From: Blastocystis sp. Blastoise | Taxonomy: Eukaryota > Protista > Bigyra: Opalinata | Reading direction: 5' to 3' | Length of the DNA: 64,000 nt | Assembly: GCA_039096225.1 (NCBI GenBank) | Contig: JBBPEB010000014.1 | Span: 806,001-870,000 of the forward strand | Shown: positions 38,781-55,947 of the stretch, in pieces | Numbering within the stretch: the stretch's first letter is position 1 | Layout: each line of letters opens with the position of its first letter | Made by a program: the position numbers and the translations under genes | Notes under the pieces: model-generated | What the model was told of the DNA's origin: nothing | Database searches by the model: none | What the model saw: the letters and a program-made list of their open reading frames with translations, nothing else

Positions 38781-39374
38781 TGACTTTCTATATATCTATA
38801 GGATAATGCGGATCTTCGATTGACTGAGATTGGTTATCAATTAGGAGTAGTATCCAAGAATAGATATGAACAATATTTACAACGAGTAGAACAATATAAA
38901 CAAGCTGATTCCATATTTAATTCTTATAAGAAATCAATAAAGTTTTGGGTAGATAATAATATATATTATACTACTGATAACAGAGGAAGAACAGCAAAAC
39001 AAATATTAAGTAATAATAATGTGGATATTAATAAAGTTATTGATTTAGTTAAAGAATCAAATCCAAAAATAGAATCTTTGTCTTCCATTAATAAGCAAAC
39101 ATTATCAATTGAATATAGATATGAACCTTATATAGAAAAAGAAATGAAAGATATTGAAGTCTATAAAAAGAATAAAAGTTGGGTAATTCCTGAAACTATT
39201 GATTATCAACATATGGCTATCTCTCAAGAGGAACGAGATAAACTATCAACATATCGTCCTGGAACAATAGGTGATGCTATGAATATTATGGGAGTAAAAC
39301 CGTCTACCATTATTACCATCATGCAAATGATTCGAAAAAAAGAAATTTTCGACAAGAAATCTGAACATGCTTGA
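36193..39374 (+). CDS. MTO1: Mitochondrial tRNA U34 modification enzyme MnmG/GidA
   Basis: Presequence-like [86 protein letters not shown] and [14 protein letters not shown]. Confidence 0.96.
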
Positions 39375-39637
39375 GAAATCAGTGATCTTCTTGATTATAA
39401 AAAACATTTTTTTCACATTCTGATATCCCATTTTATTCTCAATTATTTTCTTATCTTATTTTTTGTGTTTTTATTAGTGGATTTGCAAAAACTCGTTCGT
39501 AATTTCATTTTTTTATATTAATTTTTTAATAATCGACTGACTTTTGTATAATAACATATTTAAAGTTCACTTAAAAACCATAAAATAGTTTGAACATACA
39601 TTTTAAACAAAAATAAAAAATTGATCAGAAAGAAAAG

Positions 39638-39707
39638 TGACGCAAGCCGCTCACTATGATTGGCTTATCTTCTTTAAGTAGCCAATCATTAAGCGTTGCT
39701 AGCGTCA
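39638..39707. other. GC-enriched imperfect inverted repeat / hairpin
   Basis: ATGATTGGCT (39656-39665) pairs with AGCCAATCAT (39680-39689). Outer TGACGC/GCGTCA and CGCT/AGCG also pair. Confidence 0.7.
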
Positions 39708-40002
39708 ACAAGAAATGGATGGATCGTTTTAAAGAAAAAACAGAATCTGTCGTCAATAAATAATCGTAAAACACACTTTTTATAAATAAGCATGGGAATA
39801 ATTGCTTATGTATTTTCACAAATATTGTAAAACATTTTTTAATCATATTGAAAGATAGATTGCAATAGTTTTTGAGACTATCTTTTTGTTTTTCTAAGCT
39901 TAGTTGATTTCTGTATAATCTGTGTAATATAAATATATTTATGTTTTATAGGATTGCATTTGATATTTTTTTTTACAATTTTTCTTTTTTTCTTCTTTCA
40001 AA

Positions 40003-41199
40003 ATGTATATGATTAAATCAAAGAAACAGATTCCGCTTCCAATTATTGTCTTTACCGGAGTTTGCATACTTATTTGCACCATTTTTATGCTAAGTATGTT
40101 GTTTTTATTCTATTTTGATCAAATTGTTTTTCTATTTTACTTATCATTATAGATAAACCAGGTATTGCCTTATTTAATAATGGAATGACGATTATTAAGG
40201 TGAATTGTATATATTTTTTCATCAATATTTTTCTATAGTTTCTTTATTTTATTATATATGTTTATATACTCATTAGCATGTATGGTCTCAATGGAGTTAA
40301 AAGGATTTATTGGAACAACAGCTGAGATTCAATTGAATAGTCCAAATTTTGTAAGAGTTTATTATGTTTTTCATTCTGTTCCTGAGGTTCCTGCTAGTTA
40401 TATCATTGAGAATGGTATTTATCATGGTACACATGTTCCAAATGCTCTTTTCTATATTAATACAAATATACAACAATTACAAACAGGAAATGATCATATT
40501 TCTTTAATTGCTATTAAAGATGATAAATGTAGAAGTGCTGTATTAACATTTGTATATAGTCAAACACAAAAGAGTATATATATATAGAAATGTTTTTAAA
40601 TTGTTGTTTTTTTATATTTATTTCTATTTATTTGTTAATATTTATTGATTTTAATAAATATGTATATAGATTGTTTATTCAGTCATGTATCTATTCGTTC
40701 ATATTCTGATTATAATAATGGTTGTATTGCTATTGATGGAATAGCTCCACAATCAGGAATTGTATATAGTTATGTAAAAATACAATTACAAGATATGCCA
40801 GATCACATGACTATGGTACAATCAGGAAATACTATTGGATAGTAAGTAAATTCAATGTTAAATATTTTTTATTTTTATTATTTTATTTTTATTTTTATTA
40901 TTTTTATTATTTTATTTATTTTATTTATTTTATTTATTTTATATTATATTATATTTTATAACGTTTATTAATATAATAGTTATAATCATAATGAGTTTAC
41001 GATGAAATCCTGTAATTTGGATGAAAAGATGCCTTATACTCTTTATTTAATGCAATCTGATGGACAATGCTTCACCTCTATATATGCATTCAACTTTACT
41101 ACTCAAGGTATATATATATATAGTTATGTTTATGTTTATATATATATATTTATATATTTATAGCTTATTCAGATTTAGCAAAATGGGGAAGAAAATGTA

Positions 41200-41244
<45 letters not shown>

Positions 41245-41377
41245 TTTATATATATAGCGGTTATTAATCAACGTATAGGAAGTATGTTTATATATATACA
41301 TAAATAAATAAATATATATATATATATAGCTCCTTCTACTCGACAAACAGGTGTAAAATATCGACGATATGGAGGAA

Positions 41378-41427
<50 letters not shown>

Positions 41428-42012
41428 ATTAATATTATTTAAATCCTTATATTATGTGTCTATATAGTTGAATTAGAGCAAGAGGAATTGAATTCGGAAC
41501 TTGTTTCAGGTAACGGCGTAGTTTTAGGATCTATTCCTAAACAAGTCTATAAAGATAATGGTATATATATATAAATTATTATTTATTCTCTATTGTTATT
41601 ATGGATGCATATATATATATATTATATATATATATATATATAGAAGATAATTTGAATATAGCTGTTCGTTGGCGTAAAGTGAAGAGATCGAAGAATAATA
41701 GTGTATTAATTAAATTCTTACTTGTAGGAAGTGGAGAAACATATATATTGGCGACAACAAAACAAGATAAAACAATTACTGTTGAAGATATTGTGAAGAA
41801 CGGAATGAGTGTATTTATTCATATTATTTATATTATTATTTATATATATTTATTATATTTATATTATTATTATATATATATAGATAGGGTATATGTCCGA
41901 TGAAATAATTCGTGTTAAATTATTTGACTTAGATGCTAAAGATATCTATATATATGTCGGTATAGTATTAAATCAAAAGACTTATGGACCTTTTATTACA
42001 GCTGTTAAGTAA
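40003..42012 (+). CDS. Uncharacterised type II membrane or secreted protein with FN3/Ig-like beta domains
   Basis: N-terminal hydrophobic IIVFTGVCILICTIFML. The segment GIVYSYV...LDEKMPYTLYL...FNFTT is FN3-like. Several microexons. Confidence 0.6.
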
Positions 42013-42230
42013 TATACATACTAATAGCGCTATAAAAGCAGGTGACACGTCACTCATTCGATATATATTATATATTATACGTATATATATATTATATATA
42101 TATATTGGTATTGATATATTTATATATATATTTTTTCCTTTTTATTATTTTTTTTTGTTTCTGTTTTTTCCTTTTAATTTTTACTCTTTATATATATATC
42201 ATATAAATTAATCACTCTCTTTTTTTATAT

Positions 42231-42268
<38 letters not shown>

Positions 42269-43481
42269 CTCCAAATGATCTATCTTTATATATCCAAATC
42301 ACCTTATCATTATCTATTATATTAGATATATATATATATATCTTATTTATTATATGACTCTATACCTATTATTTTAATTCTTTATTAGGCAGATAATATA
42401 TCTCTATAAGATCTATTTCTTTTCCTTTTGCCTATTCTCTAATTGTTATTTTTTTTTGTTCTCATTCAAATTTATTATTTTTATATGCTCCGTTTTATAT
42501 ATATATATGTATATATACTTATATATATATATTCTTCTTCTTTTTTTGAAAACTTTAAATGCTTTGTGAAAGCATTTTGAATCTATACATTTAATTGCAT
42601 AAATTCTATTTTTATTAATAACATTTTTTTTCAATTATTTTGATTTTTTCTATTTCGTAAACATATACTATTTCATAATAGTACTTTATTATTTATTTGT
42701 TTTCTTCCTTTTATCAGTAAATATCATTAAGTGAGAGAACGTCGCTTTTTTATTTCTTTAAAGGACTATTTTGTTTATTCTATATGTTATTTTTTATACT
42801 CTTCAATACTATTTAACATGAATTATTCTCATTAATATTATTCCTTTTTTTAATGAATATTTATATATATATTTTAAAACAAAAATTAGAACAACATATA
42901 CTTATTGAACAATAACATATATATATATATATATTTACATCTATATATATGTCATTATACATACAAGAACGTCATTATATTTTTTTGTTGATTTATTCAT
43001 TCAGAACTTTAAAGGATTTTTTTTACTATATTATTATTACATTATATTATCCTATTTTTATTTCACTATTCTTAAGAGACAAATTATTTTCTTTTAAATT
43101 CAACGACTATTGTCTATTCTATTTACACTATAATTAGTTTACTTTTGATAAAGAAATATTGAATAAATGTTCACATTGTCTTTATAAACAATATACTATA
43201 AGTTGATCCTTAGTTTTTTGTTTATGTTTTGTAAAAATAATTTGTAAGACAACCATCATAATTTGTATATAAATAATAATCATACATAGTATTTAAAAAA
43301 AAGTATGAATTCTATATACATTAATGAACGATATTCAATAAATATATAAATATAATATAGCATATAAAAAAATATTTATTTAAAATGTAATTTAGTTTTA
43401 AAAAAAGAGAATATTAATATAATATAAAAAAAGATACTAATATTGAAAACATTTATATATAGAACAATTCAAATAGATTCA

Positions 43482-46081
<2,600 letters not shown>

Positions 46082-48594
46082 TTGTTTTAAAGTAATATCA
46101 AGGAAAAGTAAAAAGAAAACTCAGATAAAAAAAATGTCTAAAACATATCTAGAAAAACTCGATCTTCTGTTTTTAATAATTCAAAATTTCACGGTTCTTT
46201 CTATGTATTTCCACGATTATTCTACACTGAATAGTATTCAAAGTACTAAAAACTTTTCTAAAAAGAAAGAATAACAAGTTTCATTTTTACTATTTCTTTT
46301 TGTTTTATCACTTTAATAATATCGAATATACAAAACTAATTATATTATATATTATATGTGTTTGTGTATTACTACTAGATATTCATCAAAATTTGAAATT
46401 TATTCCAATTCATTCAAATTGTGATGAGTTTTGTCATTTTGAATAGCATAATGTTGATAAGCATTATTGATTTGAGTGATTCATAACTACATGCAAAAGT
46501 TAAACACTCACAAATATCAATTTTTTTTGTAGAAAACATAAAATATGGATTAATGATATTGAGTTGCTTTTAAAATTATTTAGAAATCATTTTGATTGCT
46601 GGTTTGATCAAAATGAGTATTTTTAAAAATGTACGTGTACACATGAGTAACAAAAATACAATTAAAAAAAGATAACGCCGTAAATAGAGTTATTATATAT
46701 AAATATCAAACGAAATGATATATTATGTAATATTTGAGGTTTTTAAATATAAAAATATATACATATTACTATTACATAGTTTATAGGATACAATTGACTA
46801 ACCAAATGTTATTCATTAAGAGAATTAAGAATAGTCGCTTGATTAGTTCTTTTATACCTTTGATAAATCTATATATATATAAATCTATATATATATATAT
46901 ATGAATAATATATATATATATAGAAAATCTAATTCTGAATAACATCACAAAAAAGTATTCTTATTTACATATTATTATATATATAATTATATATATATAT
47001 ATTATAATGAATAAAAAACTTTACAGACATAAAAGCACTGTATAGCTAATTCTCCAGAGAATGGTATGATTGAATACTGTATATATATGTATATAATATA
47101 TATATATATCCATAGTTCTTCCAGAAACAAGAGAAATGAAACCAGAGTAACAACAGTATTGCAAACATCTATATAAATATATATATGAAGTATATAAAGA
47201 TAATCTATAAAGCAACTTTATTATCCTGTTTAAAAAAACAATAATGAAAAAGAGAACAATAAAAAATAATATATCAATAAAAATCAATAAAAATCAACAA
47301 AAGAAATATTTTTTTAAATGATAACAAAATATATATATATAATTCTAGACAATAATATAAAAACAAAGAAGAAGAACAAAAACTGAATAACATATATTTT
47401 TAAAATAAGTGTACAAAAAAGTAATATATACACCAATAAATAAGAAGATCCGAATTGAATGCAGTAAATTCAACTGGATATATATTGATAAGGACATAAC
47501 AAATAAATATACAATAGAGAACAAAAAGAAATAGAGAGATAATAAAAATAAAAAAAAATATGAACAAAAATAAGATACAAAATTCAAAAGATAATTTTAA
47601 AAATGACAAAACAGATAAAATAGAAGAAAGATAAGAAATAAAAACATTAAACTAGCCATATTTGTATAAATTAAGAATTTTAAATATATTCTTAAATATA
47701 AATTACACATAAAGCAATGTTATTATTGAATTCAATAATTATTTAATTAAAAAATAAATAATTTTTTTAAAAATTGAAAAAGATAATAGGCACATAAAAA
47801 TTGAAAATAAAAGGAAAATAATAATATGAATGACATAAAAATGATATATATCTTAATTGAAGGAATACAAAAATAAAGATGAATAATATATGTTGATAAA
47901 GACTTTGATAAAGCATAAAACAATAAGATATATCAAATAGAATACCTATTTATAGAAAAAAAGAAAAAGAGAAAAACAATATTGTAAATGAAAAGAAAGA
48001 AGAAATAAATATTTGTATAAGAATACATATAAATATATATATCCAATAAGAATACTTAGCTCTAATAATATAAACTAAGTAAAACAAAAAAACATAAAAT
48101 TTATATATAAATTCTATTTAAATATAATTATGAAAAGAAAGACAATATATAACAAAGAAATAAATAAAAATAATATTATATTTCTTATAAGGAAAAGAAG
48201 AATCAAGTATAGAATAAAGAGAGAAAAGACAAGAACGAATGAGGGAAGACAAAGAGTATATTAATAATATATTAATATGAACAAATAAAACAAAAATATT
48301 AAAACTTAAATATACACAGAAAATAAAATATAGATATACAAAAAGAATATACAAACCTAAGAGAAATTATTTTTAGTATATAATTATAGCTATTAATATT
48401 ATAGTCTATTTTAAGATATTTTATATATTTGAATAGAGAACAAAGAGTAATAAAAATAAAGTATATATATTACATATAAAAACCATTATGTTATAATATT
48501 ATTATTATATATATAATATATATAATATAATATATAAATTGTTTTATAATATATATATATATATATTGTATTATATAAAAAATGGAAGACAAAT

Positions 48595-48770
48595 ACATAA
48601 ACATATAAAATTATATAATTATAACAAAAGAAAACATATAAAATTATTTAATTATGACAAAAGAAAACATATAAAATTATTTAATTATGACAAAAGAAAA
48701 CATATAAAATTATATAATTATGACAAAAGAAACATATAAAAATAAATAATTATGACAAAAGAAACATATA
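48595..48770. repeat. About 33-bp minisatellite (AAAAGAAAACATATAAAATTATTTAATTATGAC) x5
   Basis: Tandem copies visible; it produces the repeating KRKHIKLFNYD ORF. Confidence 0.85.
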
Positions 48771-49783
48771 GGGACAAAAACAAATTATATAAATAATAAC
48801 AATAACAAAATAAACGATAGAGAATAAAAAGAGTAAAAAGACTCCAAATTGTGTTATTCAGTTTATTTGAATAATGACGATGATTATCAAATAGTATTGA
48901 ATAACAGCATAATATATTGTATCAATAGATAAAATAAAAAAGGAATCAATAGTTAAAAGAGAAAAAAAAATGATGTAATAAACAAATAGCCTGTTTTCTA
49001 AGAGAGAATCTAATAAAATATTTATACATATTATATAATAATAATATACATATAGATTAATAAAAAATATATATATAGCGTAAAAAATATGTAAATATAT
49101 AAATATATGAAGAGTAATAAGAGTATATAATTATATAATTCTAGAAGTATCGATTAAAACAAGATTACTATAGAATATATAATATACTAATATATACACA
49201 TAGAAAAATAATATAGGAATGATAATGACGAACATATAATGATTGTATTTATAAGATTAAAATAGAATTTCAAAGTAATGAAATATCTTATAAATGAAAT
49301 ATATATAGAACAAATAAAGTAATAAAAAAAAAGACAAAAGACATAGAACATATAAAAAAAATAAATCAATATGTATATATATATATTAAACATAGTAAAT
49401 TACCAATTATAAAAGAATAACAAGAAAGAATAAACAAGCTAAAAACCAATATATATATTTAAAAAAAACAGAATTAATATATTTCTATATGAAGAGAATA
49501 AAAAGAAAGTAATAACATATAAAAATAGAAAGATAATAGAGAATGATATAATAAAGATAGCAATAATATGATTCTATATATAAGTATAATATCACATATA
49601 TAATAAGTTTATATATACATATAAGCATAGAATACTCCATAACCAGATAATTATATATAAGCAATAAATAATAATATATAAAAATATAATAAAAAAAGAG
49701 AATGATTTAAATCTATATTATTATACTATAAGAATAGTAATAAAAGATTTATCTCAACACAGGAATATATTGAACAATAGTTA

Positions 49784-52700
49784 TTATACGTTATCTTGTT
49801 TAGTTTGAGAAGTATTCTGAGCATTTGTATATAGAGATGTATATAGAGGATAAGAAGTAGAATCAGAGGTAGACATAGAGGTATATAGAGAAGGTATAGA
49901 TGCTGTATAAGGGATAGAAGGTTGTATATATTCTAAAGATATATAGATATATTAATATTAAATAATATTAAATAATATAAGAAATAATAGTGCTATAGAT
50001 TCAAGTAATGTTAGATTTTTTAAATAATGATAAAATACTTATTTTAGATGAATAAATCATATAATGAATAATATAATAAAGCATATAATAAATAATATAA
50101 TAAAGCATATAATAAAGCATATACCATTCCTATAATTGCAGTAAGAAGAATTGTCTACTTCTACAGGAGAACCCTTTATATAGTATATATATAGATATTT
50201 AAAAGAAATACAGTAATTTTTAAGTAGATATAGAATATCTTTTTAGTTTTATAAATAAATGTAATAAAATAGTATTCAATAATTAATGATATAATTTATG
50301 ATATAACATAAATATAAATATAATAATATATTTAATTAAATCAAAAAAACATAAATAAAATATTAAATAAAATCATAAATAAAATATTAAATAAAAATAT
50401 AAATAAAACATTATAAAAAATAATAAATAAAATAATAACTAAAATAATAAATATAATAACAACAATATATAAATACTCTTGCATCAAATAAAGTAGAACA
50501 TTCTTGATTTACTTTATAATTATCTATATTAAGAGAGATATTATTATTTGAATGATTCAAATTAGAATTATAAAGAGGAGAACAAAAAAAAGAATTATTT
50601 TGATTTTCTGTTCCTAATGGAGTTGTGACGTTAAGATTATTCATATTTATATATGTAGAAATATCATTTGAAGACGTAGTTGATAGAATCATATTGTTAT
50701 AATTAGAGATATTATATGTAGGATTGAATGGGGATGTAATAGAATAAGGAGATATATAAGGAGATAGAGTATTATTATTAAGAAGAAGAGGAGAAGGTGT
50801 ATATGAAAGTGGAGATATTGTATTAGTATAATATATAGGATTTGGAAGTGGATATATATAATTATTTGAAGTTGTTGAAGGAATCAATATAGGTTTATAA
50901 TCAGTAGATAAACTATTCTGTGAATTTAAAGTAGAAGATGAATTTATAATTTGAGAAGGTAGAGAAGGTAGAGAAGGTAGAGAAGGAGAGGGAGTAATAG
51001 GAATATAATCTGATTTATATTTATTAACTTCGATCTCCTGATTGTCTTTATCTTCTATTAAATCAGTTTCATTATATTGTTCTTTTATCTATATAAATTA
51101 TTTAAATATATTAATTCATTTTTATCATAAAATATAAATTTTTTCTTTTAAATTTATATATTATAAAATAAATAGGAATAATCATTTTTTATTATGGCAT
51201 TATATATATATATATATATACACGAACTAATTTATCCTTTAAAGATTTATACTGATTTGATAATTTTGAAATACAACTTTTTATTTCCGTAAAATTATGT
51301 ATCCATAAACAAAAATTATCTTCTATATATATATAATAATAATATTAAAATAAACATTATTAAGTATAATAATAAGAAGAAAAATAATTAATTATTAATT
51401 ATAATTATAAATTATTTAATATAAATAATAAATAATAAATAAATAAATGAAATAAATGAATAAAATAAATAATAAATAAATAAATGAAATAAATAAATAA
51501 AATAATAATAAATAAATAAAATAAATAAATAAAATAAATAAATAAATAAAATAAACCAATAAATAAACCAATAAATAAAAAAGCCAATAAATAAATAAAC
51601 AAAACTATACATACTATCTTCAATATAAACTCTACATTCATGATTAAACATGGGGAAATTCCAAAAAGTATATCCATGATAACGATAAAAAGGAAGAACT
51701 CTAGATTCTTTAGGAGTAACTTTATTCATGATTAATTGTATAAATTTATCATGATGTTGTATATACTCACATAAACTCTATATAGAATAATATATGTTAT
51801 ATTTATAATAGTGATATTAAATAAATCATTATATAGTATACTTAAAGATATTTAGAAAATAAAATGTTAATATATACATACTTCAAGAATATACACTCTT
51901 GTGACAAGAGCAATATCTTTAAATGTTTTATTACTCAATGGACAAACATCACCAATTTTAGCAATTAAATGATTATAATAAAAAATATCACTAAATAGAT
52001 AGATAATATACATTTCATTTAATATTTTATTTATATAGATTTATACAAAAACATATATATTATGAGATAAAAATAATTTATTAAAATACACTAAAATACT
52101 CAAAAATTTTAAAAGAATAACAAACAAAAAGATAAATGATTAAAAAAAAAGCAATGTTAACTTATACAGAATACCGGATTTATGTATACTGTTTTTTAAA
52201 CTATAGAATACATACGACTGAATTGATTCAAGCTGACTTTTTGTATAAAAATGAAATGAAGGTGTATCCTTTTGGTCATTTAACGTAGATTCTTCATGAT
52301 GATCCTCGTTTACATTATTGCCTGAGTGACAAAAAGATTTCAGTTGAGAGTTATATGTATGAAGATCCGTTTTTAATTGATCAAGATGAGTATACCATTC
52401 ATTCTAAGAATCAGTATTCATGATAATAGTATAGATAAGAAAAATACAACAATAGTTGATAGTTTAGAACTCCATTTTTCATAGTTTTCCCGATCTGTCC
52501 CTTTGCCAGCTTTTTGACGGCATTTTGGATATAATAATTTACTTATAAACTGGAATTAAAATAAGATTATTTGAGATGATCAAGAGTAACATACAATATT
52601 CAAAAAAACGCTTTCGTTAGGTTTTTTAAGACCGCTTTCAAGATCCTTTAATTTGAATGTATCAAGATGAATAGCCTTTTGAATCAATGAGATGAACATT

Positions 52701-52819
52701 CCCATTGATGGAATCTCCCACATATTTTCAATATCTATAGAATGAACATTTGAAAAAAAGTAATTTCTAATTACTATTAGGGTTTGAGTTACGTATGACA
52801 TTATCGAAGTAATTCCCAT
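49784..52819 (-). CDS. DDT/WHIM-domain chromatin protein (CECR2-like ISWI partner) with low-complexity C-terminus
   Basis: MWEIPSMGMFISLIQKAIHLDTFKLKDLESGL resembles the DDT domain. CPLSNKTFKDIALVTRVYILESLCEY and RVLPFYRYHGYTFWNF...RVYIE resemble WHIM motifs. Confidence 0.72.
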
Positions 52820-53899
52820 TCATATCCAATTAGAATAAAATACACCTTGAATGTGAGTAAAGTAATAAAAGGAAAAAAATGAATATCAAAAGAAAATAAG
52901 AAAGAGGATAAAAACAAGGGGAATCTGATATTTCATGTGAGCGTTTTTTATTAACTTTGTCGACGTAACAACTTGAACATCATTTCTAGAAGAATAGTCG
53001 TTCAACCAATTATAATAATCGTTGATCAAATACACAATGATTCTATTGGAGAATTACAAACGATAATGTATTGATATCTTATAGACTATTTCCATGATTT
53101 TTTAAGGAAAATAACTATAAGATTTAAGATAACCACAATTAATAAATTAGCTTTTCTTTTTGAAGAAATAGAGTTAACCATAACTTTTCTGTTGGTTTTT
53201 TCGACTTTTTACTGTTTTAGTCATGAACATTTGTCATATAGACATCAAATATAGCTTAAAATGAAAGGTATATGTTGCTATCTTTCACATTTTTCACTTC
53301 TTTCTATACATAAATTATTCTCCAATCGAAAGTGCGTATATTTAATTTCACAATCAAGATTTTTTGACATGAAACATACGTCGCCGTGTCATTTCGTGAA
53401 TTACAATGAATATCTTTAAGTTTTATACTATAATGAATAGTTTAAATGGATTCACTGATGTCCTTTTGTATGTTGGAACTTACATTATGAGAAGAACACC
53501 TCTAAAAACTCTATTTCATAGAAATAAACAAAAAAAGATCCTTCTTAAGAACATAAAATCTTCGATATTCTATGTATAGTGTATTTATTACAATGTCTCT
53601 GCCTTCCTTATTATCAAAAGAGTTTTTAATTTATCATATACTTTTGAACATTCAAAACTTTTTGTGAATGAATTCTTATAGTAAGATAAAGCATATTATG
53701 TTATGTGTCTTGTTATTTTTATAGTATAGAAATTGTATCAAAATAAAATAAAGACGGATTCATCAATGGTTCATTATAAAAATGTGTAGATCAATAAGAT
53801 TTTCATAAATTCGTATTGTCAGTTAAAAGTAATATGTATCTAATATTTTAATTCCATTTAAAAAACCAAAATAGAATTGTTAATAACAAAAACGATTTC

Positions 53900-54092
53900 C
53901 AGTGACTTCCAAAAGGCCCTTTTTTTTTGCGGTGCCGCAATTGTCACAGAAAAATGTGACACTTTTGCTAATTTTTGACAGTGTAAAAATATTTATTATT
54001 ATATTAAGTCATATTAAGCCTGACTTAAAGCGACTTTATGTGACTGTCAAAAAAAGTCACCGCAAGTGTCACAAAAAGTCGGGAAGTCACTG
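53900..54092. mobile_element. 193-bp non-autonomous hAT-type MITE
   Basis: Perfect 11-bp TIRs CAGTGACTTCC/GGAAGTCACTG. Identical 8-bp TSD ACGATTTC at 53892-53899 and 54093-54100. Subterminal GTGAC/GTCAC repeats. Confidence 0.92.
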
Positions 54093-54816
54093 ACGATTTC
54101 AAAAGAATATTTTTTTTTTAAATCAAAGAATTCTTTTTTATTCATTATTCTTGCATATTTATTTTTTTGGTTCTTTTAAATGAATTTTTCATTGATTTAA
54201 CTTAACATACATATATAGATTTGAAGGCGGGAAATACGATAAGTCTTCCTCGTTGTCATTTTACTTTTGGAATATATAAACAAAATGTGAGTCTTTTCAA
54301 GAATAAACTCTAGTCATTTCAAATAGTATTACATAATTTTTAAATAGACAAAACAAAAAGAAAAGAAGATACAAAAGAAAAATTCATTTTTTAGAATAAC
54401 CTTGTGAAAATAATCATTTATAAGTGAAAATTGTATATGTTCCATGATTATTGACAGAAAATCTAGTTTAGGTGATCTTTATGTGGGCAAAAGGCGAGGT
54501 AGAAACCAGAGGTTTTTCTAGGAAACGATAATAGAATTTTATCTCAAGGAAAACCATTCATTTGTAGAAGCGAGAAAATGACTGTTCATTTCGTAATTCC
54601 AAAAGAGAGATTCTTTTTTTTCAAGAAATAAAATGGGTTGTTCAACGATTGGTTAATAATTTGAATATTCTTATTCTATTGGCTTTTACTATGAACATGG
54701 CTCTGACGCCACAATCATCCTTATCAACTCTTTTTTTAATTCATTTTTATTGATTTCTTTTCTTTTCTTTTTCCCATTGATTTTCTTTTTTCAATAATTA
54801 TTCTTTTTTTTTCATT

Positions 54817-55947
54817 ATGTCTTTACTTCGGAAAACGAACACGTTATCTCAAAGTCTTTCCTTCCTGAAATTGAATATGTTCAAGAAACCTATGATTCAA
54901 AAAGAATTCAGAAAACCATTGACAATCATTGGATGTAATTATGAAGGTAAGATTAATGGCTTTTCAAAAGCACTACAACACACAGCAGAGAGCTTTGTTA
55001 AGTTTACAGGAAAACCATTGCAGTGTAATTACTTTGGTGGTCTTTATTATGATGAGCCTCACAAGTTTTCTGATTCGAGTACATTGATATCTATATTTGT
55101 TTTTCATCATCATTTTCAATAAACAAGTTTTTGTTTTGATTTCATTGTTTTATTTGTTGATATTTCTATAGATACTCTATTTTTCATTAATATTGATATA
55201 TATATATAGATTCATTATGGAATTTATTTATTGTTCTTGAGGATGAACAACTTATTAAGGAATTAAAACATACTATTATTCCTTATCATTATATATCTAC
55301 CATTCCTCAAAGTGTTGCTCTAAAGTATGTTTTTCATATATTTTTATGTATTTGAAATTTTATGGTCTCGATTATTCTAATTGCTTTAAGAATCAATATT
55401 ATATAAATATTCTTTAAAATTAATCATTATCCTATATATATTAAATAGATGTCAACTTCCTAATGAAAATGAATTATCAGTTCTTTTTGGAATGATGAGA
55501 GCGTATATATATGTATAATCTTTATAATCTTTATAATCTTTATAATTCTTTATAATCTTTATAATCTTTATAATCTTTATAATCTTTATAATCTTTATAA
55601 TTCTTTATAATCTTTATAATCTTTATAATTCTTTATAATTCTTTATAATCTTTATAATTCTTTATAATCTTTATAATTCTTTATTATCTTTATAATTCTT
55701 TATAATTCTTTATAATTCTTTATAATTCTTTATAATTCTTTATAATCTTTATAATTCTTTATAATTCTTTAGATACCCAACCCTTAATAAATATTTAAAA
55801 GATAATTTATATCCTAAACCTTCTGGAATGATGGAATTATATAATAATGTTGATTCAACTATGGAGTTTATTTATTTTTTAAATAATTCTGAGTATTTTG
55901 AGGAGTTGAAAGAAAATAGTTTTTTAAAAGTTGATGATTTAGAATAA
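54817..55947 (+). CDS. GyrI-like (TEX264-like) small-molecule-binding domain protein, possible mitochondrial presequence
   Basis: GGLYYDEP, then LSVLFGMMRAYPTLNKY...MMELY. Basic, non-acidic N-terminus. Four exons. Confidence 0.62.
55515..55771. repeat. Intronic 10/11-bp satellite (TATAATCTT / TATAATTCTT)
   Basis: Fills almost the whole third intron of the GyrI-like gene. Confidence 0.9.

Noticed and set aside
53902-54093. 63-aa ORF spanning the MITE
   Set aside because: It has a GTG start, no transposase similarity and simply coincides with the element.
54470-54600. Slightly GC-richer intergenic patch
   Set aside because: I could not support an ORF, fold or repeat by eye.
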